Source: Candidatus Fermentibacterota bacterium
GTDB lineage: Bacteria; Fermentibacterota; Fermentibacteria; Fermentibacterales; JCC-6
Length of the DNA stretch: 64,000 bases
Reading direction: 5' to 3'
NCBI GenBank assembly: GCA_963845085.1
Contig: CAWJQI010000005.1
Span: 384,001 to 448,000, forward strand
The notes under the pieces were generated by a model. That model had not been told where the DNA came from, ran no database searches, and saw nothing but the letters and a program-made list of their open reading frames with translations. A program made the position numbers and the translations under genes. Shown in pieces: positions 29,459 through 38,021 of the stretch (positions within the stretch are counted from its first letter, which is position 1; each line of letters starts with the position of its first letter).

Positions 29459-30978
29459 CCCAGTTGTTCCATTCTTGTCAGCACGGCCTGGGTTGCAGCG
29501 TAGACCGGCGCGATGCCGGACTCGCCCAGCGGCACGGCCAGCGTATCGCCCTGAAGAGGGGCATCCGATGCATAGTAGACCACACCGACGGGCAGCTTTC
29601 CCCTGATCCTTTTCCTGAGGAACGCCTGCAGAAGGGCTCTGACATAAGGAATGCCCTCCATCTCTACACCCAGGGCCTTCCAGTTGTCCCTGAAGTACTC
29701 CAGAACATCCCTGTTCTGCATGAATGTGCCGTCAACCGTGAGCATGGGTCCGCCGGTATGGACCTTGAACGGGAAGTCGTCCGGGAAGTCGCCGGGGGTG
29801 AGGCAGTTCTCAACGGGATACACATCACCGGTGCCCTGTTTGACGAAATACGACGGGAGCATGACGTCTCCCCTTGCGCCGGTCAGCGTTCCCGCCTTCC
29901 CGATGATGAAAACGCTGCAAAGCCTGTCACCGAGGGATTCACACAGCTCGTTGAACAGGAAGAACCCCTCTTCGCCGAAGGCGTAATCCATATTCACGAT
30001 GGTCTCCGAGCCGAAAACCCTCGCGGTCTGGCAGAACGGCATGTCATCGGGCACGGGGACCGTTTCGATCCCGGCTTCCCTGTCCACCCGCAACCGCTCC
30101 GCGGAAGTTTCCGGGTCGTCAAGCAGCCTTCGAACCTCGCTCCAGCCGGCGCCCCCTTTCCTGTGCGCTGAGACCCAGGGGGAAAGCACATTCACCAGGC
30201 TGTGCCTGTTGCTGCTGACAAGGTGCACCCGGCTGCACCCGTCGACTGCGGTCTTCACAACGGCGGCCCAGTGTTTTGCCCTTCTGTTGTAGCTTCCGAT
30301 AAGGCCGAACCTGTCGGTGAATGTCACCTTCAGGGCCCTGCTGTCGGTTTTGACCGTTGTCAGGACGAACTCGGCAAGCTCTCCGCCGAGAAGTTCGTCA
30401 AGTTCGACCAGTTCGTCGTATCCGCACCGGAATTCCACTGAAAGGGCGTGGAAAAGGCTGTTTCTCGCCGCACCCTCAGCTGGGGCGCCAAGGCTGTCCC
30501 AGAGGGACGGACCCTGGTTCGGAAACTCGTCCTTCAGCGATGAGGCGGCTTTCAGCCTCATCTTGTCCGTCTCGATCTGGTAGCACGTCAGCGCGCTGAT
30601 GAAGTCCAGCAGGTCGCTCATCCCCCCCCTGAAGGAGGTGACGAGGCTGGATGGACCGGTCATGAAGGTGGATCTTCTTCGGCTTTTGGTGCTGACCGGG
30701 CTGAAATCCCTTGCGACCATCGGAGAGATGCTTCGCGCCACCGTGAAGTCGCGCACGGTCCAGATCCGCTCGGGAAGCCTCTGCAGCACGTAACTGAGAG
30801 CCTGAACGTCGATCCGGTCAGGGTCGGCGGCATGCGGGTACAGCGATGGCGCCGAGAGTATCATCAGCCTTCGCAGCCCGGCTCCGGAATCACCCCCCGG
30901 TTTGTAGTATCCCCGCAGGATGATCCCCCTGGCAAGGGTCGTGAATTCCTCAACGGCCAACCTGTTTTCTATTCCCAT
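29452..30978 (-). CDS. DUF6909-like protein with nucleoside-phosphorylase-like C-terminal domain
   Basis: RGYYKP..RLPE..RRR, SSNRHS, MDYAFG, GKAG, TVDGT, GVEMEG, YYASD motifs; ATG at 30978. Confidence 0.7.
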   Translation of the reverse strand: MGIENRLAVEEFTTLARGIILRGYYKPGGDSGAGLRRLMILSAPSLYPHAADPDRIDVQALSYVLQRLPERIWTVRDFTVARSISPMVARDFSPVSTKSRRRSTFMTGPSSLVTSFRGGMSDLLDFISALTCYQIETDKMRLKAASSLKDEFPNQGPSLWDSLGAPAEGAARNSLFHALSVEFRCGYDELVELDELLGGELAEFVLTTVKTDSRALKVTFTDRFGLIGSYNRRAKHWAAVVKTAVDGCSRVHLVSSNRHSLVNVLSPWVSAHRKGGAGWSEVRRLLDDPETSAERLRVDREAGIETVPVPDDMPFCQTARVFGSETIVNMDYAFGEEGFFLFNELCESLGDRLCSVFIIGKAGTLTGARGDVMLPSYFVKQGTGDVYPVENCLTPGDFPDDFPFKVHTGGPMLTVDGTFMQNRDVLEYFRDNWKALGVEMEGIPYVRALLQAFLRKRIRGKLPVGVVYYASDAPLQGDTLAVPLGESGIAPVYAATQAVLTRMEQLGQ

Positions 30979-31179
30979 CTTGCTCCTCGTTCCCGAAGGC
31001 AATATGCTCCTGTCCTTGGAAGAGGGAAACCCCCTTATGCAGGAAGGGCTCTTTTTTGCACCGTCCAATGCCCGGGCAACAAGCAAATGCCTTGACAGCC
31101 GCAGTTTCCGGAAACGGCGGATCGGGCAATATTTTTGCTTATTACAGGTTCACACCCATCACGAAAGGAGCCTTAAGGT

Positions 31180-31521
31180 ATGAAGCAGATCAAAGGCAGT
31201 GAGATGAAGGCACTTGTTGCCGACACAACCAGGATTTCGCTTGTCGATTTCAGTGCGACATGGTGCGGTCCGTGCCAGATGGTCCACCCTGTCCTCGAGG
31301 CGCTCAGCACAGAAATGGCCGACAGTGTGAACTTCTTCAAGATCGATGTTGACGAAAGCCCGAACGAGGCCGGAGCCATGGGGGTCAGAGGCGTTCCCAC
31401 CATGATCATCTTCCACGGTGGCCGGGAAATCGACAGACAGGTCGGTTTCAGGGACAAGGCCGACCTTCGGAAAACCCTTGAAGGTCTTGCCGGAAAGTTT
31501 CTCTCCCGGGGAAACGCCTGA
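31180..31521 (+). CDS. trxA: Thioredoxin
   Basis: DFSATWCGPC, cis-Pro GVPT. Confidence 0.93.
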   Translation: MKQIKGSEMKALVADTTRISLVDFSATWCGPCQMVHPVLEALSTEMADSVNFFKIDVDESPNEAGAMGVRGVPTMIIFHGGREIDRQVGFRDKADLRKTLEGLAGKFLSRGNA

Positions 31522-31524
31522 TCG

Positions 31525-32487
31525 ATGGAACTGAGGTTGAACCGGAGCGATTTCTCCGGGGACGGGAAAAACACCTTCGACCTTGTTATTGCAGGGGGCG
31601 GGCCTGCGGCACTTTCCGCCGCCCTTTACGCAGCAAGGTACGGCATTGACCACGTGGTGCTTGAAAGCTGGCAACCGGGAGGTCAGGCGGCTCTCACCGC
31701 ACTTATCGAGAACTACCCCGGGGTTCCATCGGTCCCGGGCGCGAAGCTCGCCGGCCTGATGAGGGCGCAGGCTGCCGACGCGGGGGCGCAGTTCAGGTCG
31801 GAAAGCGCTGTCGGCGCGGAGTCAGACGGCGACAGGATAATCGTCCGCAGCGATTCGGCGACCCTTTCCGCACAAACGCTCATCATTGCCACAGGCTCGT
31901 CGCCCGCAAAGCTCGGTGTTCCCGGCGAGGACAGGTACTACGGCAGGGGAGTGAGTTTCTGTGCCACCTGCGACGCCCCATTCTACAGGGGGAAACGCGT
32001 GGTTGTTGTCGGCGGCGGTGACAGCGCCGTGAAGGAAGCCCTGCATCTCGCCGGGGTCGTAGCGAGCCTTGTTCTGGTGCACCGCCGCGACACGCTCAGG
32101 GCTGAGCCCCGGCTGGCCCGCCTGCTGATCGACCACCCTGCCTGCACGGTGAAATGGAAATCGACCCTGTCCGCAATAACGGGGGATGATCTCGGAGTTA
32201 CTGGCGTCGACATTGAAACGCCGTCGGGGAGGGAACACCTCGATACCGACGGCGTGTTCCTGTACGTGGGCGCAACTCCCGCCACGGCCCCCTTCCGCGG
32301 ACTTGTCGAACTCGACGGCAGGGGTGCTGTCGTTACTGCAAACATCGTTGAAACATCACGGCCCGGTGTCTACGCAGCGGGTGACGTCACGGCAAACGGC
32401 TTCCGCCAGGTGGTCACTGCGGCGTCAGACGGCGCAAGGGCCGCGTGGGCGGCATTCGAATACCTTGAAGACCGGAGGCGACACTGA
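31525..32487 (+). CDS. trxB: Thioredoxin-disulfide reductase
   Basis: GGGPAA, IENYPG, SFCATCD, GGGDSA, HRRD, AAGD. Confidence 0.93.
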   Translation: MELRLNRSDFSGDGKNTFDLVIAGGGPAALSAALYAARYGIDHVVLESWQPGGQAALTALIENYPGVPSVPGAKLAGLMRAQAADAGAQFRSESAVGAESDGDRIIVRSDSATLSAQTLIIATGSSPAKLGVPGEDRYYGRGVSFCATCDAPFYRGKRVVVVGGGDSAVKEALHLAGVVASLVLVHRRDTLRAEPRLARLLIDHPACTVKWKSTLSAITGDDLGVTGVDIETPSGREHLDTDGVFLYVGATPATAPFRGLVELDGRGAVVTANIVETSRPGVYAAGDVTANGFRQVVTAASDGARAAWAAFEYLEDRRRH

Positions 32488-33128
32488 TGCCCCTGCTTGG
32501 TGACGAAGACAGGAAAGCCGTTGAACGGCATTTCTCATCGATCGAACGGCGGGTTCCGATCAAGCTCGTCCACCCGGCCACCGGCCCGGGAGACAGCGGG
32601 GCAATTCTCGCCGAGCTCTCGGCCCTGAGCGGAATGATCGATCTTGAAATGGCTGCCGGCCCTGATGGGAACGCCGCTGTCATATCCATCGGTGACCACG
32701 GACGTGTTCAGTTCTGGGGCACCCCTTCGGGGTACGAGTTCAACACACTGCTGACAGCGATATTAGATGCCGGCCGGAATGAAACACGGCTTTCCTCCGA
32801 AACCGTAGCCTTCCTCGACGCGCTGGCCACCGATCTTTACATAGAGGTGTTCGTGACCCCCACATGCCCCCATTGCCCGGGAGCCGCCGTTCTCGCCCAC
32901 CGGATGGCGGCAGCCAGCCGGAAAGTGAGGGCGAGGGTGATCGAAGCCCAGGAGTACCCCGATCTTGCCCGGGCCAACAGGGTGATGGGCGTTCCCCGGA
33001 CCGTGGTGAACGGGCGCTTCCACGGGGAGGGAAACATGGCCGAGGCGATTCTGGTGCGCGCCCTCTCGAAAGCCATGGCCGCCGGGGGACAGGACGGATT
33101 CGTCAACCTGTCCGAGTACCTGGGCTGA
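32487..33128 (+). CDS. Protein disulfide oxidoreductase (PDO/AhpF-NTD-like, two thioredoxin folds)
   Basis: G.PSGYEF, FVTPTCPHCP, VMGVP; N-terminal CxxC missing. Confidence 0.82.
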   Translation: MPLLGDEDRKAVERHFSSIERRVPIKLVHPATGPGDSGAILAELSALSGMIDLEMAAGPDGNAAVISIGDHGRVQFWGTPSGYEFNTLLTAILDAGRNETRLSSETVAFLDALATDLYIEVFVTPTCPHCPGAAVLAHRMAAASRKVRARVIEAQEYPDLARANRVMGVPRTVVNGRFHGEGNMAEAILVRALSKAMAAGGQDGFVNLSEYLG

Positions 33129-33129
33129 C

Positions 33130-33906
33130 ATGACAGCGATCATCCTCTGCTCACTTCTCGGAATCAGTTTTCCCCTCGAACCCTCTGGCGAGGTGAACCT
33201 GAGGTATTTCTTCGAGCATACCCTCCAGAACTTCATGAGGGGCGAGATACTGGGCACCATGAAGACAATCGAGGCCGGCGGTGTTGAATGGACGTTCGGC
33301 TTTTCCACGGAAACCTTCATGGGAAGGCAGTGGGACCATCCGGAGATGGTGTTCCTGGTCTGGAAGGCCCACTGGACGATCCTCTCGCAATGGTCTTACC
33401 GGGTCGACCCTGTGCTTCTGCGGTTCTACTCCGAACACGAATGCTACCATCACATCGACATGCCCGACACGCTTGGCCACTACCTCAACAACATCAAGCT
33501 GGGAGCCGTGTACGAGCCTCCGCTTCCGCTCGGAAGCGCCGACCTGGACTGGTTTCCCGAGGGGGGTGTTCCCAGGGGGTGGCTGAGCGTTGCAAGCTAC
33601 GTTCCAAGGGGCACGGGCCTTCAGAAGGGGCACAACTACGACTGGGGAATCGAGAGTGAGGCCACCGTGCTCATCGCGGCAAAAAGATCGGCCTGCTCGG
33701 GTGTGACGGCAAGGTCGGAACTGCTGGTAAACCGTGACGGCTCAACCCTCGGCAGGCTGGAAGGGGAGCTGTTCCTGGGCCACCACACCGATACCGGCGG
33801 GATCGACCTCTTCGCCACGTACCACTTCTACGACGACCGCCCTATCGACCCCCTTCAGGGACAGGGCTGGGTTGGCTTCAGGGCATACTGGGGAACACCG
33901 TTCTGA
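33130..33906 (+). CDS. Hypothetical exported, probably outer-membrane beta-barrel protein
   Basis: Signal peptide; aromatic-rich alternating strands; GWVGFRAYW near the C-terminus. Confidence 0.55.
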   Translation: MTAIILCSLLGISFPLEPSGEVNLRYFFEHTLQNFMRGEILGTMKTIEAGGVEWTFGFSTETFMGRQWDHPEMVFLVWKAHWTILSQWSYRVDPVLLRFYSEHECYHHIDMPDTLGHYLNNIKLGAVYEPPLPLGSADLDWFPEGGVPRGWLSVASYVPRGTGLQKGHNYDWGIESEATVLIAAKRSACSGVTARSELLVNRDGSTLGRLEGELFLGHHTDTGGIDLFATYHFYDDRPIDPLQGQGWVGFRAYWGTPF

Positions 33907-33907
33907 C

Positions 33908-35185
33908 CTAGACGCAGGGAAACTCAACCCCGCCTATTGAAACCGCCGGTACGAACGCGTACGACTTCCTTTCGGGAGAGCCCATCGCTTCGATCCGGGC
34001 GAACAGCTCGAGGGGGCGCCAGTTCCACCTGAAATCCTTCAGCGGGCCTGCAAGCCTCCCGTTTCTGACCAGGAACACGCCATCCCTCGTCATCCCGGTG
34101 AGTTTCAGGGTTTTCTGGTCGACAAAGCGTATGTACCAGAGCCGTCTCACGAGAATACCGTTCCCGGTTCTTTCAATGAGATCGGCGGTGGATCCGCGGC
34201 CGCCCTCCATCTGAATGCTCTCGGGTATGAACAGGGGTTCCCTCCCGGTTTTCCCGGCCCAGAAACGATCACAGGGAAGGTTTCTGAGAACCCCTTCCCC
34301 GATCCAGACGGATTCCGACGAAGGGAGGCCCTCGCTGCTGAACGGTACGCCCTTGGCCGGGCCGTCGGGATCCGAGGCGAGTGTGAACCGCGCTCCGGAA
34401 ACGGCTTTGCCCTGCATTCCGCTGAAAACCGTCAGACCGTCGTCCGCCTTCCTCGCGTCCATGCTGTAGACGATGAATGGAAGCAGGTCCGCCACAGCCT
34501 GGGGCTCGAGGATCAGGTTGTAGACTCCGTCCTCAGGCTCCTTCTGATCGATGTCGGACAAGGCTTCCTGTGCAACCTCTTCCGATGCCTCGCGCCACCG
34601 GATCCCGCTCCAGGATTCATGCTGAAGCTGGCGGAAGCTTGACGCACCGCCTCTTTCCAGTGTGAAGCTGAGCGAGAGGGATGTTTTCTCGTGGCAGGCC
34701 AGGTTGCCTGTCGACGTGGCAATGGCAGTGATACCGTGCACGTTGCTGCAGAACCCTCCCGCTTCAAGACCATGTTTCTCCGCAACCGAAAGAACCCCCC
34801 TGACGGCATCCATCCGTTTTTCCAGAGGGCACTCAGAGGCTTCGGGGTCGGCTGCGTCATGGATGAGGGGATAGACCTGCCCCTCCCCCGGCGGGGGCAT
34901 GTACTCGGGATCGACGGGGGATGCCTCCATGAGAACCCTGGCCTTTTCAGCCGCAGCGACTACGGATTCGCGACCGGTGTCCTCGAAGCTGACCGATGCC
35001 TTTCTCCTTCCGTCGCCGACGGAGAGAAGCACCGAAGATGTTGTCGTATCCTGGTTCTGAGTCAGTGCGTTTCTCCCGAAGCGGACCGACGCGTTCCTCA
35101 GAACGGTCACCAGAACCGAGGCGTGTTCAGTTCCGGCGGCGTCCAGCACCATCGCCGCGAGATCGACAGCCCTTTGAGTCGTCAT
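33908..35185 (-). CDS. TldE/PmbA family protein
   Basis: VRFGRN, LILEPQAV, WYIR..LTGMTRDG; paired with tldD. Confidence 0.85.
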   Translation of the reverse strand: MTTQRAVDLAAMVLDAAGTEHASVLVTVLRNASVRFGRNALTQNQDTTTSSVLLSVGDGRRKASVSFEDTGRESVVAAAEKARVLMEASPVDPEYMPPPGEGQVYPLIHDAADPEASECPLEKRMDAVRGVLSVAEKHGLEAGGFCSNVHGITAIATSTGNLACHEKTSLSLSFTLERGGASSFRQLQHESWSGIRWREASEEVAQEALSDIDQKEPEDGVYNLILEPQAVADLLPFIVYSMDARKADDGLTVFSGMQGKAVSGARFTLASDPDGPAKGVPFSSEGLPSSESVWIGEGVLRNLPCDRFWAGKTGREPLFIPESIQMEGGRGSTADLIERTGNGILVRRLWYIRFVDQKTLKLTGMTRDGVFLVRNGRLAGPLKDFRWNWRPLELFARIEAMGSPERKSYAFVPAVSIGGVEFPCV

Positions 35186-36618
35186 CTCCCACCTCCGACA
35201 CGGACGTTTCGGAACCTGGCCCAGCTTGCCCCGTGCGTCATCCTTGCGGACTGGCCCGGTTCACCCTTGCCGCAGTTCAGAACGCCCATGGTGCGAAGCC
35301 AGCGGTGATCGGCAATCCCGTCGCAGCTTCCCCAGAACCCCGGAGTGCGGCTTCTGTAAATGACCTTTTTCAGCGGTCCGGCGGGCTTTCCGTTCCGAAC
35401 GAGCGTGAAGCGGTCCCCTCCGAACTGGAAGTTGATCCTGCGCTGGTCGATGCTGAACGAACCCCGTCCCTCTATCATCACACCAAGCCTTATGTCCTTC
35501 ATCAGATCCTCGGGCGTGATCCCGTCGGGACCTGGCTCCAGAATGAAGTTCGGCTGTCTGTTGATCGGGAAGCTCGAGTAATCCATCGCCCTGCAGCACC
35601 CCCTGCTGTAGCTGCGGCCCACCATCGGCCCTGTCTCCCTCACTGTGCCGAGTTCCTGGAAAATGCCGTTTCTCACAAGGTGCCACTTCTGGCCGGGAAC
35701 CCCCTCGTCATCCCAGCCCCATGAGGCGAGACCATACGGAAGAGTATTGTCGGCAAGGAAGTTGACATGATGCGAACCGTAAACCGCACTGCGCTGGTCA
35801 TCGACCTCGAGGAAGGACCTGCCCGCCATGTTCGACTCCCATCCCAGCACCCTGTCGCTCTCTGTGGGATGGCCGACCGACTCATGCATGGTCAGACTGA
35901 GATGGATCCCGTCAAGAAGCAGGTCCATCACGCCCTCGGGCGATTCGGGAGCCAGCACCTTCTCGAGTGCCTCCTCCCTCGCCTTCTCAGCCCATGCATC
36001 CATGTCACAGCGCTTTATCCACTCCCAACCGGCGATCCTCGCACCGTCCTGCAGGGACCGGCTCTGTGCGTCGCCGCCTGCGACCGCGGTGGCCATGATG
36101 AAAGGTTCGCTGAATGTGAGATCGGTTTCGACAAGCGAGCCCTCGGTCGATGCGAAAACCCTCTTTCTGTTCTCGAACCACAGCCAGGCGTAGCACTCCC
36201 TTATCCGGCCATCCTTCATGACCTCATGGCTCACCCTGTCAAGAAGAGCCATCTTGTCGCCCGGGGAAACCGTGAAGGGATCCTCCTCGAGCGGACCGCG
36301 GTAGAATCCCCTCTGCGGAGCAAGGGGGGCGAGCCTTTTTACAGAAGCTGAAGCGGCGGCCGAGGCTATCTCGAACGCCCTGCGCGTTGCAGCCTCGATG
36401 TCCTGCGTCGTGAAGCCGGTGCAGGAGGCGAAGCCCCAGGCCCCTCCGACCACCGCCCTGATGCCGAGGCCGGCGCTGTCCCTGAGAACGCTCTGCTCCA
36501 GCCTGCAGTTCCGGAATACGATCCTTTCCGTTGAGACCGTCTCGGCGCGTGCGTCGCCATAGGAAACCCCCAGCGATTCAAGCATCTCTACGGCCTTCTG
36601 GGCAGCCTTCTTCATCAT
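35182..36618 (-). CDS. tldD: TldD family metalloprotease
   Basis: GLGIRA..GAWGFAS, HESVGHPTESD, DDEGV, CGKG; ATG at 36618. Confidence 0.88.
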   Translation of the reverse strand: MMKKAAQKAVEMLESLGVSYGDARAETVSTERIVFRNCRLEQSVLRDSAGLGIRAVVGGAWGFASCTGFTTQDIEAATRRAFEIASAAASASVKRLAPLAPQRGFYRGPLEEDPFTVSPGDKMALLDRVSHEVMKDGRIRECYAWLWFENRKRVFASTEGSLVETDLTFSEPFIMATAVAGGDAQSRSLQDGARIAGWEWIKRCDMDAWAEKAREEALEKVLAPESPEGVMDLLLDGIHLSLTMHESVGHPTESDRVLGWESNMAGRSFLEVDDQRSAVYGSHHVNFLADNTLPYGLASWGWDDEGVPGQKWHLVRNGIFQELGTVRETGPMVGRSYSRGCCRAMDYSSFPINRQPNFILEPGPDGITPEDLMKDIRLGVMIEGRGSFSIDQRRINFQFGGDRFTLVRNGKPAGPLKKVIYRSRTPGFWGSCDGIADHRWLRTMGVLNCGKGEPGQSARMTHGASWARFRNVRVGGGR

Positions 36619-36631
36619 GGGTGCACTTCCC

Positions 36632-37042
36632 TCATTCCAGGACTCGCGTAACCGTGAGCCCGAAGCCCGGTCTTTTGCCGATGCGCCGGTTGAGATACCA
36701 TGCAATTGCGAGCCCGATTAAAAGCCCGGCCGCTGCACCTGCCGCGCCGGCTGCTGCGCCGCGGGGATTGAGTGCGGCGAAGCCCGCTCCCATGAGCAAT
36801 ACCGGCAGCAGGAACGTGATCGAGATGGCTGCCATCGAAGCCCGGGCTCTGAACTCCACCTCAACCCTGTCCCCGACCGATGCTCCGGCCTCGTTCACAG
36901 CCTCGATGAGCCTGTCACCAGGCTTCCTTCCGGACAGGCCGTAACAGGTGGATTTCTCGGAGCAGCTGCCGCATTGCGCCGCATCGACGCATACAACGGC
37001 AACCTGCCCCCTGACCTCCCTGATCACGCCGGTATGCAGCAT
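36632..37042 (-). CDS. rseC: RseC/MucC family membrane protein
   Basis: CGSCSEKSTC, GDRVEV, two C-terminal TM helices. Confidence 0.8.
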   Translation of the reverse strand: MLHTGVIREVRGQVAVVCVDAAQCGSCSEKSTCYGLSGRKPGDRLIEAVNEAGASVGDRVEVEFRARASMAAISITFLLPVLLMGAGFAALNPRGAAAGAAGAAAGLLIGLAIAWYLNRRIGKRPGFGLTVTRVLE

Positions 37043-37118
37043 GGCAGTGTTCTCCTTTCCGTATTATGGATAAAGGTAACCATGATTCGATCATTTGTCA
37101 CCCTTCCGCGGAGGGAGA

Positions 37119-38021
37119 ATGAAAGCGCATCTCACAGGAATTGCAGCGCTCTGTCTTCTGGCCCTTTCACAGGGGTGCGCCAGGTACGCCACCATTGAAC
37201 ACGCCGGCCTGACCAGGGAATACATGCTCCACGTCCCGCCGGACTGTGAGCCGGGTATGCCGCTCGTTCTGGCTCTGCACGGCGGAGGCGGAACGGCCGC
37301 CGGCTTCGCCCGGTATACGGGGCTTTCAGAACTGGCCGATGAAATGGGATTCATTGTTGTTTTCCCCCAGGGTCTCGACAGAACCTGGTACGACAGCATA
37401 CACACAACGGCTGAGCCTTCGAAGGCTTCCGTTGACGACACGGGCTTCCTTGTTGCGCTGACAGAATGCATCAGGGATGCGTACGGGGCGGGGCCGGCAT
37501 TCGTCCTGGGACTCTCCAACGGCGGCATGCTCACGCAGGAGCTTCTTGTCACCCACGGCTCAGTCTTTTCGGGCGGTGCTTCAATTGCCTCCCAAATGCC
37601 CGCCGGGTTCACCGAGTGCGCAACGTGTCCCGTCCCCGTGCTTTTCATGAACGGCAGCGATGATCCCATAGTGCCCTATCTCGGCGGCACCATAACGCTG
37701 CCGTGGGGGGAAACCCGGGGCGAGGTGCTCCCGACGGATGAAAACGTTCGCATGTGGCTGCGCTGGAACAATCTTGGGGATGAACCCCGAGTCACTGAGC
37801 TGGCCGATGCCTGCACGGACGACGGAGCCACAGCCCGGATCATGGAATGGGGGGACGACGGCAGTTCAAAGGTGGTGCTGTACACCGTTGAAGGCGGCGG
37901 GCACACGCTTCCCGGCGCCAGGCAGTACCTGCCTCCCGGCACCGTGGGAAACACCTGCAGGGACTTCGACGGTGCCCGGGCCATCATGGACTTTTTCAGG
38001 GGGCTTGAATGCTGCCAATAG
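37119..38021 (+). CDS. PHB-depolymerase/LpqC-type esterase lipoprotein
   Basis: Lipobox SQGC, LHGGGG, GLSNGG nucleophile, GSDDPIVP, GGGHTLPG. Confidence 0.82.
   Translation: MKAHLTGIAALCLLALSQGCARYATIEHAGLTREYMLHVPPDCEPGMPLVLALHGGGGTAAGFARYTGLSELADEMGFIVVFPQGLDRTWYDSIHTTAEPSKASVDDTGFLVALTECIRDAYGAGPAFVLGLSNGGMLTQELLVTHGSVFSGGASIASQMPAGFTECATCPVPVLFMNGSDDPIVPYLGGTITLPWGETRGEVLPTDENVRMWLRWNNLGDEPRVTELADACTDDGATARIMEWGDDGSSKVVLYTVEGGGHTLPGARQYLPPGTVGNTCRDFDGARAIMDFFRGLECCQ

Noticed and set aside
31092..31120. TTGACA plus the GTTTCCGGAAAC palindrome upstream of trxA, with similar CCGGAAAC words near 39807 and 48715
   Set aside because: No properly spaced -10 element, and the short motif is likely by chance at this GC content
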